DNA from: Heptranchias perlo | Taxonomy: Eukaryota | Direction of reading: 5' to 3' | Assembly: GCF_035084215.1 (NCBI RefSeq) | Contig: NC_090353.1 | Span: forward strand, 7,440,001 to 7,504,000 | Length of the DNA: 64,000 nt | In this document: positions 63,679-64,000 of the stretch, in pieces | Numbering within the stretch: the stretch's first letter is position 1 | Layout: every line of letters begins with the position of its first letter | Program-made: the position numbers and the translations under genes | The notes under the pieces: generated by a model | Seen by the model: the letters and a program-made list of their open reading frames with translations, nothing else | Database searches by the model: none | Told to the model about the DNA's origin: nothing

Positions 63679-64000
63679 ACGGTGTTGGTAACCGTTTATC
63701 CAATACTGCGTGAAGCCCGGTGGAAGACAGCTCTTCAGTCCTCCCAAGACCTTGAAGGGTGTTTTGTACGGACACAAGTGACGTATGAGGTTAATTCAGC
63801 TCAAACAGCAATCTCTGTCTGCGAGCAGGCCCTAGGGGATCTGAATCCCTAGATAGAGTAGCAGGACCCCCTGCCCAGTAGGTGCTGCCTCTGATCAGTG
63901 AACCCCACTCACTTCTCCTCACAAGTGCACTGTGGGTCGGCCCTGTGCTATCTCCTTAACTTCGCTATTTCCATCCTCTGTGCTGGTGCTTGGCTGATGT

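Noticed and set aside
63300-63680. CpG-island promoter of a further gene
   Set aside because: The CpG-rich stretch is bounded by TIRs and a candidate TSD and is better explained as a MITE.

Overview
Vertebrate genomic DNA, probably from a cartilaginous fish; this is inferred from the dense CR1-group LINEs, DeuSINE/SacSINE1-like SINEs and Penelope-like elements. Three spliced genes can be rebuilt by hand with intact reading frames, all on the minus strand. Two are tandem 9-exon ZPB/ZP4-type egg-coat genes (CDS 1201-5587, 429 aa; 17693-22098, 435 aa), each encoding signal peptide, trefoil, ZP module, furin site and TM helix, with no N-terminal ZP-N1 domain. The third is cystinosin (CTNS; 10 coding exons, 28860-47807, 376 aa). 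On the plus strand there is an isolated 234-bp TRIM-type coiled-coil exon (58147-58380). Its splice-donor junction has been amplified into a ~2.75-kb minisatellite of ~145 19-bp units, many of which repeat TATACAG|GTAATG. Most other ORFs in the track are fragments of nested retroelements (CR1-group, L2, Tx1/L1, Penelope), a Harbinger transposase relic or noise. Best leads: the splice-junction minisatellite, two Penelope-borne minimal hammerhead ribozyme motifs (11744-11780 plus, 12565-12604 minus), the ZP-N1-less ZPB pair with patchy homogenisation, and an atypical cystinosin C-terminal sorting motif. All alignments and counts were done by eye; no searches were run.
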